Assembly (NCBI GenBank): GCA_012295275.1
Contig: CM022677.1
Span: 18,972,001 to 19,036,000, forward strand
Length of the DNA: 64,000 nucleotides
DNA from: Chrysomallon squamiferum
Taxonomy: Eukaryota > Animalia > Mollusca
Direction: 5' to 3'
Part shown: one piece after another, positions 60,787-64,000 of the stretch
How positions within the stretch are numbered: the first letter of the stretch is position 1
Layout: the number at the start of each line of letters is the position of its first letter
Notes under the pieces: model-generated
Seen by the model: only the letters and a program-made list of their open reading frames with translations
Databases searched by the model: none
What the model was told of the DNA's origin: nothing
Translations under genes and position numbers: made by a program

Positions 60787-63106
60787 AGGTGGTGCTGGTG
60801 ATGTAGTAGTAATGTTCCCATTAAGCAATGTTGTCTGTAGAAAATCTACTGTTCTGTATCAGCTGCAGTTTTAATTATCTGTGTTTCTGTGCAGTTATAA
60901 TATTAGACATCAACCATGTGTACAGTTTGTGTGCAATGATAATATTAGACATCGACCATGTGTACAGTTTGCGTGCAATGATACAAATTGGCATCAACCA
61001 GATGTAGTTGATTTTATAAATGTGATTATTTCTTCTTATTATTACTTTTTTAAAGTTTCATTAACTTTCGTAAATATGTTCTTGTAACATTCTGTAAATA
61101 TGTATTTTATTTCTTATTGAATTTGATAATCAAGGTCATATCTAATTACTTTTTTTTTATATCTATAAATAGATCACTTTTATTTCTTATTAAATTTTAT
61201 ATCCAGTATCATTCCTAATTACTTTTTCATTAATATATATATTATTAAACTTGATAAACAAGATCGTTGGTCTTTCCTAAGTACTATTTCATTAATATAT
61301 TATTATTATTTCTTATTAAATTTGATAAAAAAAAAATTAAAAAAAATCATTGATCATTCTTAATTACATTTTCATTAATATATCACTTCTATTTGTTATT
61401 AAACTTTGTAACCATGGCAATTTCTAATTACATTTTCATAAACATATCACTTAAACCAAACTTTTATCATCTTCTTCGCTGAAGCCAGAACACAAAATTC
61501 CAGTCATCTGATGGTCCCCTTCAATTGACCCTTGACCTTGTTCCAAAAATGCTGAAACCACTGGTGAAAAACTGGGTTCCTAAAGCATTCATAGTTTCAT
61601 TCAAGGTGAGTTTGGAACAGTATACTGGTCAGCATAAGGTTAGCAGCAATCAGTATTTAAGTTGAAGTGTCAGGTTAGTTAAATTCAAAATTTAGTATGA
61701 TGAGGACCAAATATGATTATTAACTGTAATATATGAAAAGTTGTAGGTTTTTTATGTAGATATCCAATTTCACAGTGACATCTTGATATTTAAATTCACA
61801 GAGTCATATCTTAATATTTAAATTAACAGTGTCTTGATGACAAAATTCAAAGTCATATATTGATGTACAGATTTAAGTGTCATTCCTGATACATACATCG
61901 AAGGAATCACATCTTCATATCTAAATTCATATCAAATTCATAATCTCTTACATTGATATCTAAATTCAAAGTGTCATATCTTGATATCTAAATTCAAAGT
62001 GTCATATCTCGATATCTAAATTCAGTGTCATGTCTTGATATCTAAATTCAGTGTTATGTCTTGATATCTAAATTCAGTGTCATATCTTGATATATAAATT
62101 CAGAATGTCACATCTTGATATATAAATTCAGAATGTCACATCTTGATATCTAAATTCACAGTATCTTAACATTTTAATTATTATTATTATTATTATTTTT
62201 TTTTTTATCAGCTTGAAACAGATGAGCAGCTTTTAATCCATAAATCAAGAAATGCCTTGTCAACTTACAATCACCAGGTAAATTATTTCTTCAGGTATCT
62301 TGTTCTTTCATCTCTTTTAATCTTATAACATATCTGTTATTTATCATTTGGTGGCAGTTAAAATGATCGTTGCAGTTCAATGATCATTTCTTTTTGCGAT
62401 GGTTGTTTTAAATTTGTTTCTACAGTTTTTTTCTTTCATGTTTGTGGTTGTGTACTTGTTTCAGTTATTTGTAGTTTTACACTGCTGGTTGTTTTTAATG
62501 ATTGTTATTATTGATTGCAATCATTTTTGTGGTGGTTGTGATTTGTGCATTTTTTTAAACAGTCATTATTCTTTTTTTTTAAATATAATATTCACATACT
62601 GTTGTGATGGTCGAAATGTTATTTGCATTTATTATTCATCATTTTAACATTAACATAATTATGATTATGATGGTTAAAATGATGGCTGCAGTAGTTGTTC
62701 ATCGTTTTAATTATCCACGTATTTATGGTTGCATTTCTTAATCTTGTTTTGATGGTTTGATATGATGTTTTTTTTACTCTCAGCTGGTTGTGGTTGTAAT
62801 GTTAATTATTCACCATTTAAATTTCACACTCACAGATTAAAGTGATGGTGATGCATACAGTTGTGACTTAACCAAAATAATTTTTTTAAATTTTATTTTA
62901 TTTTTTTTAAATTTTAATTTTGTTTTTTAAATTCTCAGATGGTGGTTGCCAACTTGCTGGACAAACGCAAGACCGAAGTCGTCTTGGTTACCATGACAAC
63001 GGTGGAGCCGCTGAAGCTTTCTGCTGAAGATGAAAACAAAGGCGTCGAGATAGAGCAGAAGATTGTTTCACTGTTGACCAAACATCACTCAGAGTTTTGT
63101 GGATAA
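55470..63106 (+). CDS. PPCS: Phosphopantothenate--cysteine ligase (CoA biosynthesis), 7 coding exons
   Basis: Exons 55470-55604, 56600-56688, 57366-57490, 60571-60744, 61485-61605, 62212-62277, 62939-63106. Hallmark motifs: [82 protein letters not shown]. Two frame defects as assembled (exons 4 and 5). Confidence 0.95.
56600..56688 (+). CDS. PPCS: PPCS exon 2
   Basis: [29 protein letters not shown](E); donor GTATCTTT. Confidence 0.95.
56689..57365 (+). other. Probable U12-type (minor spliceosome) GT-AG intron in PPCS
   Basis: 5' site GTATCTTT (U12 consensus RTATCCTT); branch point TTCCTTAAC at 57348-57356, 9 nt before the 3' end; no polypyrimidine tract. Confidence 0.8.
57366..57490 (+). 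CDS. PPCS: PPCS exon 3
   Basis: [41 protein letters not shown]; donor GTATGT. Confidence 0.92.
58128..60617 (+). repeat. Tandem array, 23 copies of ~94/~124 bp units, each holding the PPCS exon-4 acceptor and exon 5' half
   Basis: Unit TCCTTGCTTTCCTTGTATTTCAG|TTAAAGARGATCACAAGGAACAGGTTGCAAGAACACTAGGACAGTAYCAGAAAGTGACACAGAATGACACA, with or without a ~30 bp spacer; 23 TTCAGTTAAA junctions counted. Confidence 0.95.
60571..60744 (+). CDS. PPCS: PPCS exon 4 (5' part damaged as assembled)
   Basis: ..[53 protein letters not shown], donor GTAAGG; 23 nt present in most upstream repeat copies are missing here. Confidence 0.85.
61485..61605 (+). CDS. PPCS: PPCS exon 5 (one extra base near 61500)
   Basis: [40 protein letters not shown], donor GTGAGT; 121 nt. 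Confidence 0.9.
61770..62165. repeat. Minisatellite, ~24-27 bp unit (GTGTCATATCTTGATATCTAAATTCA), in PPCS intron 5
   Basis: More than 10 copies, most regular at 61955-62160. Confidence 0.85.
62212..62277 (+). CDS. PPCS: PPCS exon 6
   Basis: [22 protein letters not shown]; donor GTAAAT. Confidence 0.93.
62939..63106 (+). CDS. PPCS: PPCS exon 7 (terminal)
   Basis: [18 protein letters not shown]...[23 protein letters not shown]. Confidence 0.93.
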   Translation: MVVANLLDKRKTEVVLVTMTTVEPLKLSAEDENKGVEIEQKIVSLLTKHHSEFCG

Positions 63107-63149
63107 GTGATAAACACATATTTTTCTGAGAAAATTAATTGAGATCCAC

Positions 63150-64000
63150 CCGTTCTGCTGAGTTGTAATATATTCTTTGCAATAATTTGGTAAGCAAAGG
63201 TTTAAAATGAACATGTAGCATATTTACTGTGATTATTAGTGTTCCTGGTTTAGCTGAGTTGTAATATATTCTGTTGGATTTGCTGGTAAGAAAAAGGTTT
63301 TAAATGAACATGTAATATATTTACTGTGATTATTTAGTAATCGTGGTTTAGTTAAATTGTAATATATTCTCTGGGATTAAAAGGTTTAATTAAAATGTCA
63401 TATTTTTGGTGAACAGTAGTAATTAGTAATAAGGTTTTATTAAATTGTAGTATATTCTGTGCATTCATTAGAGATCAAAATTTAATTAAAATGTCATATT
63501 TTTTAACTGTAACCATTAGAAACCAAAGTTTAGCTAGATTGCAATACATTCTCTCCAGTAATTGGTAATCATTTCTTAATTAAAATGTCATATTTTTTAA
63601 CTGTAACCATTAGAAACCAAAGTTTACCTAGATTGCAATACATTCTCTCCAGTAATTGGTAATCATTTCTTAATTAAAATGTCATATTTTTTAACTGCAA
63701 CCATTAGAAACCAAAGTTTAGCTAGATTGCAATACATTCTCTCCAGATTGGTAATCAAATTAAAATGTCATATTTTTTAACTGTAACCATTAGAAACCAA
63801 AGTTTACCTAGATTGCAATACATTCTCTCCAGTAATTGGTAATCATTTCTTAATTAAAATGTTATATTTTTCTGTGACAATAAGTAGTAACCAAAGTTTA
63901 ACTAAACTGTAATATATTTTTCTGTGACCATTAGTAATAAAGCTTAGTTAAATTGGAATATATTATCTGCAGTAATTGGTAATCATTTTTTAATTAAAAT
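63150..64000. repeat. Tandem repeat, ~90 bp unit, downstream of the PPCS stop and running off the window
   Basis: [82 protein letters not shown] repeated; the upstream copies are more diverged. Confidence 0.88.

Overview
AT-rich, microsatellite-dense eukaryotic DNA, probably a mollusc or other lophotrochozoan (inferred from repeat content and gene families). Almost all ORFs in the supplied track are simple-repeat artefacts, so the real genes were rebuilt by hand from exons and splice sites. The left 40 kb holds three apparently paralogous single-pass membrane-protein genes with no metalloprotease domain. Gene A (minus, 31383-14277, 13 coding exons, 729 aa) is signal peptide-GON-GON-GON-TSP1-TM-tail. 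Gene B (minus, 12335 to <376) is signal peptide-GON-6xTSP1-TM, with its tail exon off-window. Gene C (plus, 33800 to ~39469) is signal peptide-2xTSP1-TM-short tail. They share signal-peptide exon donors (G|GTTTGT), 94-97 nt phase 1-2 TM exons and phase-compatible domain cassettes. To the right lie a frameshifted class A GPCR (minus, 46800-45509), a probable decayed coiled-coil/NHL-like gene (~51100-52830) and PPCS (plus, 55470-63106). PPCS has a U12-like intron 2 and a 23-copy tandem array built from its own exon-4 splice acceptor. Local duplication of exon boundaries recurs across the window.
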